Shown in pieces: positions 1-8,535 of a stretch of 62,023 bases of DNA. Origin of the DNA: Thermoplasmatota archaeon (GTDB taxonomy: Archaea > Thermoplasmatota > E2 > DHVEG-1); the NCBI GenBank assembly GCA_046496795.1, contig JAWOGM010000039.1, positions 1-62,023 on the forward strand. Direction: 5' to 3'. The position numbers and the translations under genes are program-made. A model generated the notes under the pieces. It saw only the letters and a list, made by a program, of their open reading frames with translations. It did not search any database and had not been told where the DNA came from. Every line of letters starts with the position of its first letter. The stretch's first letter is position 1.

Positions 1-1
1 T

Positions 2-622
2 TTTGGTAGAGAAAGTTACCTTCCTGTGCATCCTAAGGTTATATGGGAGGACATTAAAGATAATCTGAAAACAGTTGTTGCTACCGAAACATATAATGTA
101 ATGCAAACTCGTCTGGCAGAATATGGAAAGTTTTATGATGAAAATTTTAAGACATATGGCATAAAAATAAAAAGAAATGGAAATGTGACACTTCGATATA
201 GTGGAAAATGGATCCTTTATAATTTATTACATAACTGTTTAGAGAAAAATAATAAATTGAAGATGCAAATTGGTGGTGAGCGGCTTTTTGATGAACCATT
301 TATTAGTTTCTTTAAAAAGTTTTTAGAACTTGATGCAAAGGTTGAGTTGATTATAGATTCAGAATCAAAAATAGAGATGGCAAAAAAACTAAAAGAAGCC
401 TATTCAGATAATTTAGATATTCGATGTTTTTCAGAGAAATGCTCAGGCACAATGAGAAATTTTGTCTTTGGTAAAGAACTTGCAGTAAATGGAATTAAAA
501 TACTTCCCCAGCAGAGTACTGAGCCATGTTATGTTGGAACTGCATATGTTAATTTAGAGGATATCGAACTACTGAATGAAAAATTTAAAAATCTATGGGA
601 ATTAGCAAAGAAATTACCATAA
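2..622 (+). CDS. hypothetical protein, probably 5'-truncated by the window edge
   Basis: Frame is open from nt 2 to the stop at 620-622. The listed first 'M' at nt 26 is a GTG. No diagnostic motif recognised. Confidence 0.4.
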   Translation, partial: FGRESYLPVHPKVIWEDIKDNLKTVVATETYNVMQTRLAEYGKFYDENFKTYGIKIKRNGNVTLRYSGKWILYNLLHNCLEKNNKLKMQIGGERLFDEPFISFFKKFLELDAKVELIIDSESKIEMAKKLKEAYSDNLDIRCFSEKCSGTMRNFVFGKELAVNGIKILPQQSTEPCYVGTAYVNLEDIELLNEKFKNLWELAKKLP

Positions 623-945
623 AACATATTTTTCGCATATACTCTATTTAGCATTCTAATATAGTACAAGGTTTAATGTTATCCTTAGAGCATATATAGA
701 ATAAAGATACGTTTTGGTTAGAAACAAAATGGCATGCGAAAGTTGTTGTAATACTAACTTTCGAAAAAAGAATTTACAGGTTTTGATTACATTTTACCTC
801 AAATAATTTGGTTTTAAAAGCAGTTAAAAAACATTATTTCACTCATTTAAATGCTGAACACAAAAAAAACATGAATTTTTTTATCAGAGAAAACATATAC
901 TTTCTATACAATGAAAAAAAAGAAAAAAAGAGATAAGTTCTCTTT

Positions 946-1374
946 TTAGTGTCCAGGCATTTTTGGGATAACTCTTTCGATTTCTTCAGTTTTCCCTGCA
1001 TCCCAGATAGCTCTGATGGCCAATAGACCTGCAGCGGGTGCTACAAATACTGCAAGCATTCCAGCAATATATTCCAGATAGGGGCCAATTACATTGAGCT
1101 GCCCAAACCATGTTGAGGTTGCACCAATACCAACCAACAACAATGCGGCTATGAGAAATGTTGGTACTCTATCTCTTGTTATATTACCGACTGCAAAGAA
1201 GGATAATATACCAACAACAAATCCTAATACAGCCAATAGTATTGTTACATAGCCATTTGCATCTGCCCAGAGTTCTGCAGCAAAAACTATGCCTATAATG
1301 ACCGATATAACGATTCCTATTAGGAATAACCAGCTTCCGATTGTTTTTAATGTTTCTTGCATTTTTCTTTCCAT
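946..1374 (-). CDS. small integral membrane protein (about 4 TM helices)
   Basis: 142 aa made almost entirely of hydrophobic segments (LFLIGIVISVIIGIVFAA, ILLAVLGFVVGILSFFAV, FLIAALLLVGIGA, MLAVFVAPAAGLLAI). Confidence 0.5.
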   Translation of the reverse strand: MERKMQETLKTIGSWLFLIGIVISVIIGIVFAAELWADANGYVTILLAVLGFVVGILSFFAVGNITRDRVPTFLIAALLLVGIGATSTWFGQLNVIGPYLEYIAGMLAVFVAPAAGLLAIRAIWDAGKTEEIERVIPKMPGH

Positions 1375-1634
1375 CCTCCTTAGTTTTATTTACTCCTTCA
1401 GATGTTTATTATTTATATAAATCTTTGGTGTACACGATAATGTAGATAGATATGCATCTATATCGTTTACAGGGTATATTGGTAATTTAATACCAACGAT
1501 TTTTTTGTCATTAAATAATTATTGGATTGTCATAATTTCAATTTGCGAGAAAGACAAGACAAGTTTAAATACCATTATTGTTAATTATTAACATGATATA
1601 TAATAACAATGATAGATGGAAAAGGAGATAAATC

Positions 1635-1865
1635 ATGGCAAGAATAAATATAATATACGACCTTGGGCAGGAAAGTCTTTTTGATAAACCAGACCATACT
1701 TATGAAATAAAACTCTTAAAACAAAAACAAAAAGAAAAAAATATTAGAATATCTAACAAACTTTTTGATTTAATGAAAAGCGAAGGATTACTTAGAAAAT
1801 GTGACGACGGATATGTATTTGTTGGAAAATATGAAGAAGTCATGGAATTAAAACATAAAAAATAA
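1635..1865 (+). CDS. small hypothetical protein (76 aa)
   Basis: ATG preceded by AAAGGAGA Shine-Dalgarno-like motif at 1622-1629. Followed by a hairpin plus T-run. No family recognised. Confidence 0.4.
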   Translation: MARINIIYDLGQESLFDKPDHTYEIKLLKQKQKEKNIRISNKLFDLMKSEGLLRKCDDGYVFVGKYEEVMELKHKK

Positions 1866-1890
1866 ACCATTACATCCAGACTAACTCCTC

Positions 1891-1949
1891 GAGGGCTTGG
1901 TTGCTTTTAGATCACCTCTTCTTGTATATCAAGCCCTCTCTTTTTTACT
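1891..1949 (+). terminator. hairpin plus oligo-T downstream of the 76-aa ORF
   Basis: GAGGGCTTG (1891-1899) pairs with CAAGCCCTC (1930-1938), followed by TCTTTTTT. The 30-nt loop is long for a simple terminator. Confidence 0.3.
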
Positions 1950-2002
1950 ATTTCTTAAAAAGAAAAATATTAAACATAGAAACAATAATACTTTTTCTAT
2001 AA

Positions 2003-2812
2003 ATGAAAGATAATCTTTATGACAAATTCCATAAACGCTCAGCAAAAGAGATACCTAATTTTATAAAAAAATTAGAACTTCAAGCATTAGAAACTGCTGA
2101 AGAAAGATTACCTCTTTATCTAGAAGTAGGTTTAGTCAATGCGCATCATGTTCTTGACGTTGGATGTGGAGCAGGTTTTGTAACAGAAGATATCGCTCGT
2201 TTAACGAAAGGAGAGGTCTATGCTCTTGATGGAGCGGCATCACTGATTAATGTTGCGCAAAAAATTTTAAAAAATTACGCAAATATTAAATTATTAATTG
2301 CAAACGCAGAAGCGTTACCTTTTCATGATGAAACATTTGATATCACAACCTGCAATCTAACCCTTATGTGGGCAGATGATCCCTATAAGGTAGTCAGTGA
2401 AATGGCACGGGTGACTAAACCAACTGGTAAAGTTCTTGCATCACTTGAACCAGATTACGGAGGGAAAATACACTGGCCTGAACATGAAAAGATTGATCCA
2501 TTATTTGCAGGGGAAGCGATAAGAAAAAAAGGAGGAGACCCCCATATTGGACGTAAACTTCGAGAGATATTTATTGCAGCAGGACTAGAAACAAAAATTG
2601 GTATTGGAAATAATAGGATATGGACCTGCGAAGAAGATAAACAATATTATCTTCGCTCAAGAGATTTTTACATAAAGGTAATGAAAGATGCAGGGCTAAA
2701 AAACGATGAGATAGATCAATGGGAATATGAATATCTTAAATCTCTTGATAACGAAACACAACTAAATTTCTTTCCCCAGTTCTATGCCATAGGTATAAAA
2801 GCCAAGCCTTAA
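2003..2812 (+). CDS. class I SAM-dependent methyltransferase (Methyltransf_11/UbiE-like)
   Basis: Motif I VLDVGCGAGF, acidic loop, and post-I/II motifs (DITTCNLTLMW, KPTGKV). Confidence 0.8.
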   Translation: MKDNLYDKFHKRSAKEIPNFIKKLELQALETAEERLPLYLEVGLVNAHHVLDVGCGAGFVTEDIARLTKGEVYALDGAASLINVAQKILKNYANIKLLIANAEALPFHDETFDITTCNLTLMWADDPYKVVSEMARVTKPTGKVLASLEPDYGGKIHWPEHEKIDPLFAGEAIRKKGGDPHIGRKLREIFIAAGLETKIGIGNNRIWTCEEDKQYYLRSRDFYIKVMKDAGLKNDEIDQWEYEYLKSLDNETQLNFFPQFYAIGIKAKP

Positions 2813-2846
2813 AAACAACAGTAAATTATTGTTTTTTTGATTACCC

Positions 2847-3707
2847 ATGACATCAACAATAATTGATGGTAATAAAATTTCAAATCAAATTAAAAAAGAG
2901 ATATCCAAACAAGTACAATCATTACAATCAATATATCATAAAACGCCCCATATCATCACCTTGTTAATAGGTGATGATGCTGGGTCAAAACTTTATTTAA
3001 AACTCCGGGATAAAGCATGTAAACAAGTGGGAATCAATTCCAGTCAGTTAATATTTGATGAAAAGGTCTCTCAAAAAGAACTTCTTACAAAAATTGATGA
3101 ATTAAACAATGATGAAACAATCCATGGAATACTCATACAATATCCCGTACCATCACATATATCCCAAGATACCCTTATGAGTAATATTAATCCTACCAAA
3201 GATGTTGAAGGATTTCACCCCTACAACATGGGACAAACAATTCTTGGAAATGAAACAATAATCCCATGTACCCCTCAAGCAGTGTTGGAAATTTTAAAAA
3301 ACCAACAAATCCAATTATGTGGAAAAACGATATGCATTGTTAATCATAGTAATATTGTAGGAAAACCACTAGCTGCATTACTGCTAAATAGAAATGCAAC
3401 TGTTAGCGTCTGTCATATCTATACAGCTGACATTAAGCAATTTACCTCAACAGCAGACATTGTAATTACAGCTGCTGGTGTTCCAAAGCTTATTACATCA
3501 AATCATGTTAAAAACAGTGCTTGCGTTATTGATGTAGCAATTATTCCTACATCACATGGAATCTGTGGCGATGTTGATTTTGAATCAGTAAAAAACAAAG
3601 TAAAATGTATCACACCAGTTCCGGGAGGAGTTGGACCCGTTACAATTGCCTGTGCATTAAAAAATATGATTCAAACATTTAACAATGCAATGCATACTAA
3701 ATCATAA
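2847..3707 (+). CDS. folD: bifunctional 5,10-methylene-tetrahydrofolate dehydrogenase/cyclohydrolase
   Basis: Full-length FolD pattern: IIDGNKIS..., GDDAGSKLYLKLRDKACKQVGI, HGILIQYPVP, NPTKDVEGFHP, CTPQAVLEIL, VGKPLAALLL, GGVGPVT. Confidence 0.9.
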   Translation: MTSTIIDGNKISNQIKKEISKQVQSLQSIYHKTPHIITLLIGDDAGSKLYLKLRDKACKQVGINSSQLIFDEKVSQKELLTKIDELNNDETIHGILIQYPVPSHISQDTLMSNINPTKDVEGFHPYNMGQTILGNETIIPCTPQAVLEILKNQQIQLCGKTICIVNHSNIVGKPLAALLLNRNATVSVCHIYTADIKQFTSTADIVITAAGVPKLITSNHVKNSACVIDVAIIPTSHGICGDVDFESVKNKVKCITPVPGGVGPVTIACALKNMIQTFNNAMHTKS

Positions 3708-4232
3708 CAACGATTTAATCTGACGCGTTAAATGAGGATTGCGCAAGCCATTCTTCCTAATAGGAGTAATAGTCTCAAGAATCTCATAATCAGATAAATA
3801 ATCCTTAAGTTTTTGGAATATTTTTTCACAAAACATTTTAGTTTCCACAATACCCGGAGCAGTCAATGTTATAATAAAATCATATTTACCATTCACAAAC
3901 AAGATATCCTCAACCATAATCTTTAATTCAGGATAATATTCATCCAAACGCCTATGCTGAATCTCATTATAAATAAAATCATCAATAGGTTTCATTGATC
4001 TTTTTACAGAAATAGTGTAATGATTAATATTAATTTTTTCATCATCAACAACAGCACTATATCCCCAGATTGTTTTATTCTTCTCCAACCGTTTAACAAT
4101 TCTCCAGACTTTTTGTCTTGAAAAACCACATTTTTTCGCTATAACATCGATACTATCTTTAGCATTTCGTTTCAAGATATTAACAATCTGTTTTTCATCC
4201 GCATCAATTTGTTTTTTACTACTTTTTGGCAT
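3702..4232 (-). CDS. Lrp/AsnC-family transcriptional regulator
   Basis: N-terminal HTH (ILKRNAKDSIDVIAKKCGFSRQKVWRIVKRLEKNKTIWGY) plus a C-terminal RAM-like domain. Its stop overlaps the folD stop by 6 nt (convergent). Confidence 0.85.
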   Translation of the reverse strand: MPKSSKKQIDADEKQIVNILKRNAKDSIDVIAKKCGFSRQKVWRIVKRLEKNKTIWGYSAVVDDEKININHYTISVKRSMKPIDDFIYNEIQHRRLDEYYPELKIMVEDILFVNGKYDFIITLTAPGIVETKMFCEKIFQKLKDYLSDYEILETITPIRKNGLRNPHLTRQIKSLL

Positions 4233-4351
4233 TCAAATAATCCCTAAACCACAACCATGTATTAAGTAATGATTTATAAAACCTGTTTTTTCAAAAATAT
4301 CTCTGAAATTACAACAGATAAACGGCATTACATAACATAAAAAAAATAGTA

Positions 4352-5116
4352 TCAGGCCTCATTCTGAGAAAAAAGATAACTTCCAATACCCATCATAACC
4401 AAACAAATAAGCAGCACTATGCCAATATTAAGCATTGGAGGAAAAATATTATTTTCACCTGTCAAAGAACCCCGCATTCCATCAACCATATAAAACAAAG
4501 GATTTGCAAGTGAAAGTATCCGAAGCCATTCAGGAGAAGATTTCCCTATAGGAAAAAATGCAGATGATAAAAAAAGCAACGGCATAATAATGAGATTCAT
4601 AATAAGTTGAAAACCCTGAAAATCATTCATTTTCGTAGCAATTATCAATCCAAACCCTACCGCAGTAAATGAAATTAATACCATCAGTATCAATACCAGA
4701 ATAAAACCAATGAAATCTGGTAAATCAATACCTAGTATAATAGAAACAAATAAAATAATAAAACCTTGAATAAGCGCAGTAGTTGCACCACCAAATGTTC
4801 TCCCTAGAATAATCGAAATCCGTTTTACCGGAGCCACTAAAACTTCCTGAAGAAACCCAAACTGTTTATCCCATAACACAGAAACCCCTGTAAACATTGA
4901 TGAAAACATAATAGACATGGTAATAATACCTGGTGCAAGAAAATAAATATAATCACCTGTGACATCTTCAAATGTTGCAATACGAAAACCAGACCCAAGG
5001 ATAACCAAAAAAAACAATGGCTGAATAATACTAGCAACAATTCTACTTTTCGCTCGAAAAGAACGCTTCATCTGACGCAACCACATCACATAAATAGCCT
5101 GAAATTCTTTTCTCAT
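4352..5116 (-). CDS. ABC-2 type transporter permease
   Basis: 254 aa with 6 TM segments. Lies immediately downstream (5-nt gap) of the ABC ATPase. Confidence 0.8.
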   Translation of the reverse strand: MRKEFQAIYVMWLRQMKRSFRAKSRIVASIIQPLFFLVILGSGFRIATFEDVTGDYIYFLAPGIITMSIMFSSMFTGVSVLWDKQFGFLQEVLVAPVKRISIILGRTFGGATTALIQGFIILFVSIILGIDLPDFIGFILVLILMVLISFTAVGFGLIIATKMNDFQGFQLIMNLIIMPLLFLSSAFFPIGKSSPEWLRILSLANPLFYMVDGMRGSLTGENNIFPPMLNIGIVLLICLVMMGIGSYLFSQNEA

Positions 5117-5121
5117 ATTAC

Positions 5122-6108
5122 CTACCGCCTCTTGCTATAAAACCGTGCCATCTGCTTTAAAGGCGATTCAGCATCAACATCTCTGATCGATCTCCCAGTA
5201 AAATATAAAAAAACATCATCAAGAGTCGGTTTACGAACATTTATTGATTTAATAGTTATGTTTAAAGAATGAGCTAATTCAAATAGTTTAGGAATTTTCT
5301 CTTCCCCTTTCTCAACTCCAAGAGTTAAATATGAATTATGAAGTTTACTATTATTAATCCATGACTCTTTTTCTAACTCCTGCTTAAAAAGATGAGCATC
5401 TGAACATAAAAGGGTAATAACATCATTACCAACTGAATTTTTCAGATTTTGAATTGTATCAATAATAAGAATTTTACCTTTATCAATAATACCAACACGA
5501 TCACATAAATACTCTGCTTCATCCATATAATGAGTCGTTAAAAAAATAGTTGTCTCTTCCTGTTTATTCATATTTTTTATATACTCCCAGATAGCTCTTC
5601 GTGTCTGAGAATCAAGACCCAAGGTGGGTTCATCTAAAAATAGAACCAAAGGATAATGCATAAGACCACGGGCAATCTCAAGACGACGTTTCATCCCCCC
5701 TGAATAAAATTTCACAAGAATATCCTTTTTCTCAACAAGATCAACAAGATCTAAGACATCATTAATACGTTTTATTCTTTTCTCTTTAGACATGCCATAC
5801 ATACGCGCATGAAAATCAAGATTTTCCCTGCCGGTTAATTCAGTATCAAGAGCAGGCTCCTGAAACACCACACCAATACTTTTTCTTACCTCATCACGTT
5901 GTTTAATAACATCAAAACCAGAAATCTTTGCCGATCCCTCTGTTGGAAACAATAATGTAGTCAACATTTTAATAGTGGTAGTTTTTCCTGCACCATTTGG
6001 CCCTAGAAAACCAAAAATTTCCCCCTTTTTTAGAGAAAAAGAAATATCATCAACTGCAGTAAAGCCATTAAATTTTTTAATAAGATGATTTGTTTTGATA
6101 ATATCCAC
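5122..6108 (-). CDS. ABC transporter ATP-binding protein (DrrA/CcmA-like exporter ATPase)
   Basis: Walker A GPNGAGKTT, Q-loop, signature YSGGMKRRL, Walker B LVLFLDEPTLGLD, H-loop TTHYM. Confidence 0.9.
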   Translation of the reverse strand: MDIIKTNHLIKKFNGFTAVDDISFSLKKGEIFGFLGPNGAGKTTTIKMLTTLLFPTEGSAKISGFDVIKQRDEVRKSIGVVFQEPALDTELTGRENLDFHARMYGMSKEKRIKRINDVLDLVDLVEKKDILVKFYSGGMKRRLEIARGLMHYPLVLFLDEPTLGLDSQTRRAIWEYIKNMNKQEETTIFLTTHYMDEAEYLCDRVGIIDKGKILIIDTIQNLKNSVGNDVITLLCSDAHLFKQELEKESWINNSKLHNSYLTLGVEKGEEKIPKLFELAHSLNITIKSINVRKPTLDDVFLYFTGRSIRDVDAESPLKQMARFYSKRR

Positions 6109-6151
6109 AGATAACGCTTCCTTTTTAATCTTAGCAATATATTTTTAATAC

Positions 6152-6838
6152 TTATCCTTTGCTAACCAAACAAAAATAATTATCTGGATATTTTTTTGAA
6201 CATATCTTGCATTCATCAATTAAATTTATTTTCAAACCAGCTTCCTGAATATCATTTAATAATTCATCTTTTCTATATAAATGATAAAACCGAGGAATAT
6301 TTATTGAATCACGATTCCAAGAGATCAAAATATCTCCAAATTCTTTTTTTGAATCATCTTTATTTACAAAATAATCACGAAATCGATCTTGCTCTTGAGT
6401 CCACACGCTCAGTAATCCTTTTCCGGTAGGTTTTAAAATTCGTTTAACTTCTTTTAGACAAGAAACTCGGTTCTCTCTTCCTTTAATATTATGTAACGCG
6501 GCAATAAACAAAACAGTTTCCACAGAATTATCCTTTAAAGGAATTCTAACAAGATTGCCCTGAATTAATAATATATTTTTTACATGAGAATTAACCTTTT
6601 TTTTAGTTATATGAAGCAGATTTATAGAAATATCAAGGCCAATACATATCTTAAATTTTTCCGTACATAACAAAAGATGCCGACCGTTTCCACATCCAAT
6701 ATCAGCAACAATAGCATTAGAAGACAAAGAATTAATAAAATCAATAACATAACCCCATGGTTTTTTTCTCGTAGCATCAAAACTTTCTGCTATGCAATTC
6801 CAGGTATCTTCAGATTCTTTGAAATGAGAAATATTCAT
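6152..6838 (-). CDS. SAM-dependent methyltransferase, Trm9/ALKBH8-methyltransferase-like
   Basis: WNCIAESFDATRKKPWGYVIDFI...IVADIGCGNGRHL and FIAALHNIKGRENRVSCLKEVKRILKPTGKGLLSVWTQEQ match my recollection of the Trm9 pattern (FSxTRxKPW...D(V/I)GCGNGKY...ERR...LKPGG...WAxEQ). Confidence 0.6.
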   Translation of the reverse strand: MNISHFKESEDTWNCIAESFDATRKKPWGYVIDFINSLSSNAIVADIGCGNGRHLLLCTEKFKICIGLDISINLLHITKKKVNSHVKNILLIQGNLVRIPLKDNSVETVLFIAALHNIKGRENRVSCLKEVKRILKPTGKGLLSVWTQEQDRFRDYFVNKDDSKKEFGDILISWNRDSINIPRFYHLYRKDELLNDIQEAGLKINLIDECKICSKKYPDNYFCLVSKG

Positions 6839-6942
6839 ATCACCATATCCACATAATTTAAATCTTTTATATTTTTGCTATTAACCAGGTAGGAAAATTA
6901 ATACATAAGAGATTGATACAGATAAAAAAATGGAGAATTATT

Positions 6943-8466
6943 ATGACTCTAGTACTAACAGGCTCTAACCTATCTATTAAAGATGTTATAGATGTCGCAC
7001 GTCATCATAAAAAAGTTACGCTTCATCCCGATGCAATCAAACGCATAAAAAAATGTCGAGCATTACTGGAAAAAAAAATTAAAGATAGAGAAATCATGTA
7101 TGGAGTCAATACCGGAATTGGAGAGTTCTCAGAAGTTGTATTAACCAGTGATCAAATCCAAGAGTTTCAAAAATATCTTATCTATAACCACGCAGCAGGG
7201 ATTGGTGATCCTGCGCCATTGGAATATGTTAGAGGAGCAATGCTAGGACGAATCAACGTTCATGCACATGGCCAATCAGCATGTCGATTAGAGATTACAC
7301 AAACATTAGTAGAAATGTTAAATAAAAATGTAACTCCGTTTGTATGCCAAAAAGGGTCAGTAGGCGCCTGTGGAGATCTAGCACCCATGTCACAGATCGC
7401 ACTTCTTATGTTGGGAGAAGGAGAAGCATACTACAACAGTGAACTATTAGACGGCAAAGAAGCAATGAAAAAAGCAAATATCCCTTGTCCTGGTCTTCAA
7501 GCACGAGATGGATTATCAATTATTAACGGCTCAAATCTTCTCACCGCAATGAGTGCTATTTTTTTATATGATGCAAATAACTGGCTGAAACAAGCAGAAA
7601 TTGCTGCTGCTATGTCACTGGAAGCATTAAAAGCGAATATGAAACCATATAACACTAAATTACACAAAGCCCGTGGATTTTCTGGAGCTATACGAAGTGC
7701 AAAAGCAATTGAAAAATTAGTTGCAGGAGGAGACCTTAAAGAAGGCTTAATTCAATGTAAAATCCAAGATGCCTATTCTATGCGTTCAACACCCCAAGTA
7801 ATAGGTTCCGCACATGATGCCATAGCATATGCTCGTTCACAAGTTGAAATAGAACTAAATGGTGTTGGAGATAACCCTGTGTTTTTCCCTGATGAAGATC
7901 TTCAACTCTCCGGGGCAAACTTCCAAGGAACGCCGGTTTCTTTACCTATGGATATAGCAGGAACTGCGATAACTATGGTAAGTGTATTATCAGAACGAAG
8001 AATGAACCGGCTTAATAATCCTGCTTTAAATGTTGGTTTACCCGCTTTTCTCACTAAAGGAGCAGGTATGTTTTCCGGGTTAATGCTAAGCCAGTATACT
8101 GCTGACACACTAATTGTTGAGCAACGTATTCTTTCAAATCCCGCATCCATCCAATCAATTCCTGCAGCCGCAGATCAAGAAGATTTCGTTTCTATGGGGA
8201 TGAACACCGCAATAAAAAACTTCCAAATCCTTGATAACGCATACGGGGTTTTAGGAATAGAGTTTATGGCTGCAGCACAAGCATTAGATTTTAGAGAGTA
8301 TACATTTGGTAAAGGAGTAACAAAAGCAAAAGAAGTTATCAGAAAATATGTAGAATTTCTAGACGAAGATAGACCACTCTATCCAGATCATACAACAATG
8401 AAAGAGCTAGTGAAGTCCTGTGAGATACTTTCAGAAGTTAAGAAAGTTGTTGGTAATTTAGAATAA
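6943..8466 (+). CDS. hutH: histidine ammonia-lyase (aromatic amino-acid lyase family) with an Ala-Cys-Gly MIO triad
   Basis: Family-wide conservation (YGVNTGIGEF, GSVGACGDLAPMS, NGS, QDAYSMR, GDNP, NFQG, SQYTA, QEDFVSMG). Start moved to ATG 6943 (GGAG at 6931-6934), because the tool start at 6913 is TTG. Confidence 0.9.
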   Translation: MTLVLTGSNLSIKDVIDVARHHKKVTLHPDAIKRIKKCRALLEKKIKDREIMYGVNTGIGEFSEVVLTSDQIQEFQKYLIYNHAAGIGDPAPLEYVRGAMLGRINVHAHGQSACRLEITQTLVEMLNKNVTPFVCQKGSVGACGDLAPMSQIALLMLGEGEAYYNSELLDGKEAMKKANIPCPGLQARDGLSIINGSNLLTAMSAIFLYDANNWLKQAEIAAAMSLEALKANMKPYNTKLHKARGFSGAIRSAKAIEKLVAGGDLKEGLIQCKIQDAYSMRSTPQVIGSAHDAIAYARSQVEIELNGVGDNPVFFPDEDLQLSGANFQGTPVSLPMDIAGTAITMVSVLSERRMNRLNNPALNVGLPAFLTKGAGMFSGLMLSQYTADTLIVEQRILSNPASIQSIPAAADQEDFVSMGMNTAIKNFQILDNAYGVLGIEFMAAAQALDFREYTFGKGVTKAKEVIRKYVEFLDEDRPLYPDHTTMKELVKSCEILSEVKKVVGNLE

Positions 8467-8535
8467 AAACAGAAAAATGGTCAAGTAAATGATATACAGT
8501 AGATTGTTTTGACGGTATATCTAAAATATTTTTTT

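Noticed and set aside
735-775. CGAAAGTT...AACTTTCG 8-bp hairpin in the 324-bp spacer after the first ORF.
   Set aside because: It is a short isolated hairpin with no following T-run in the orientation of either flanking gene and no GC enrichment. It is probably incidental.
1479-1506. TTGGTA-ATTTAA-TACCAA hairpin followed by T7 on the plus strand, with a TATA-like TTTATATAA about 60 nt upstream; a possible tiny sRNA.
   Set aside because: The stem is only 6 bp and A/T-rich, the region shows no GC enrichment, and there is no upstream plus-strand gene. The evidence is too weak.
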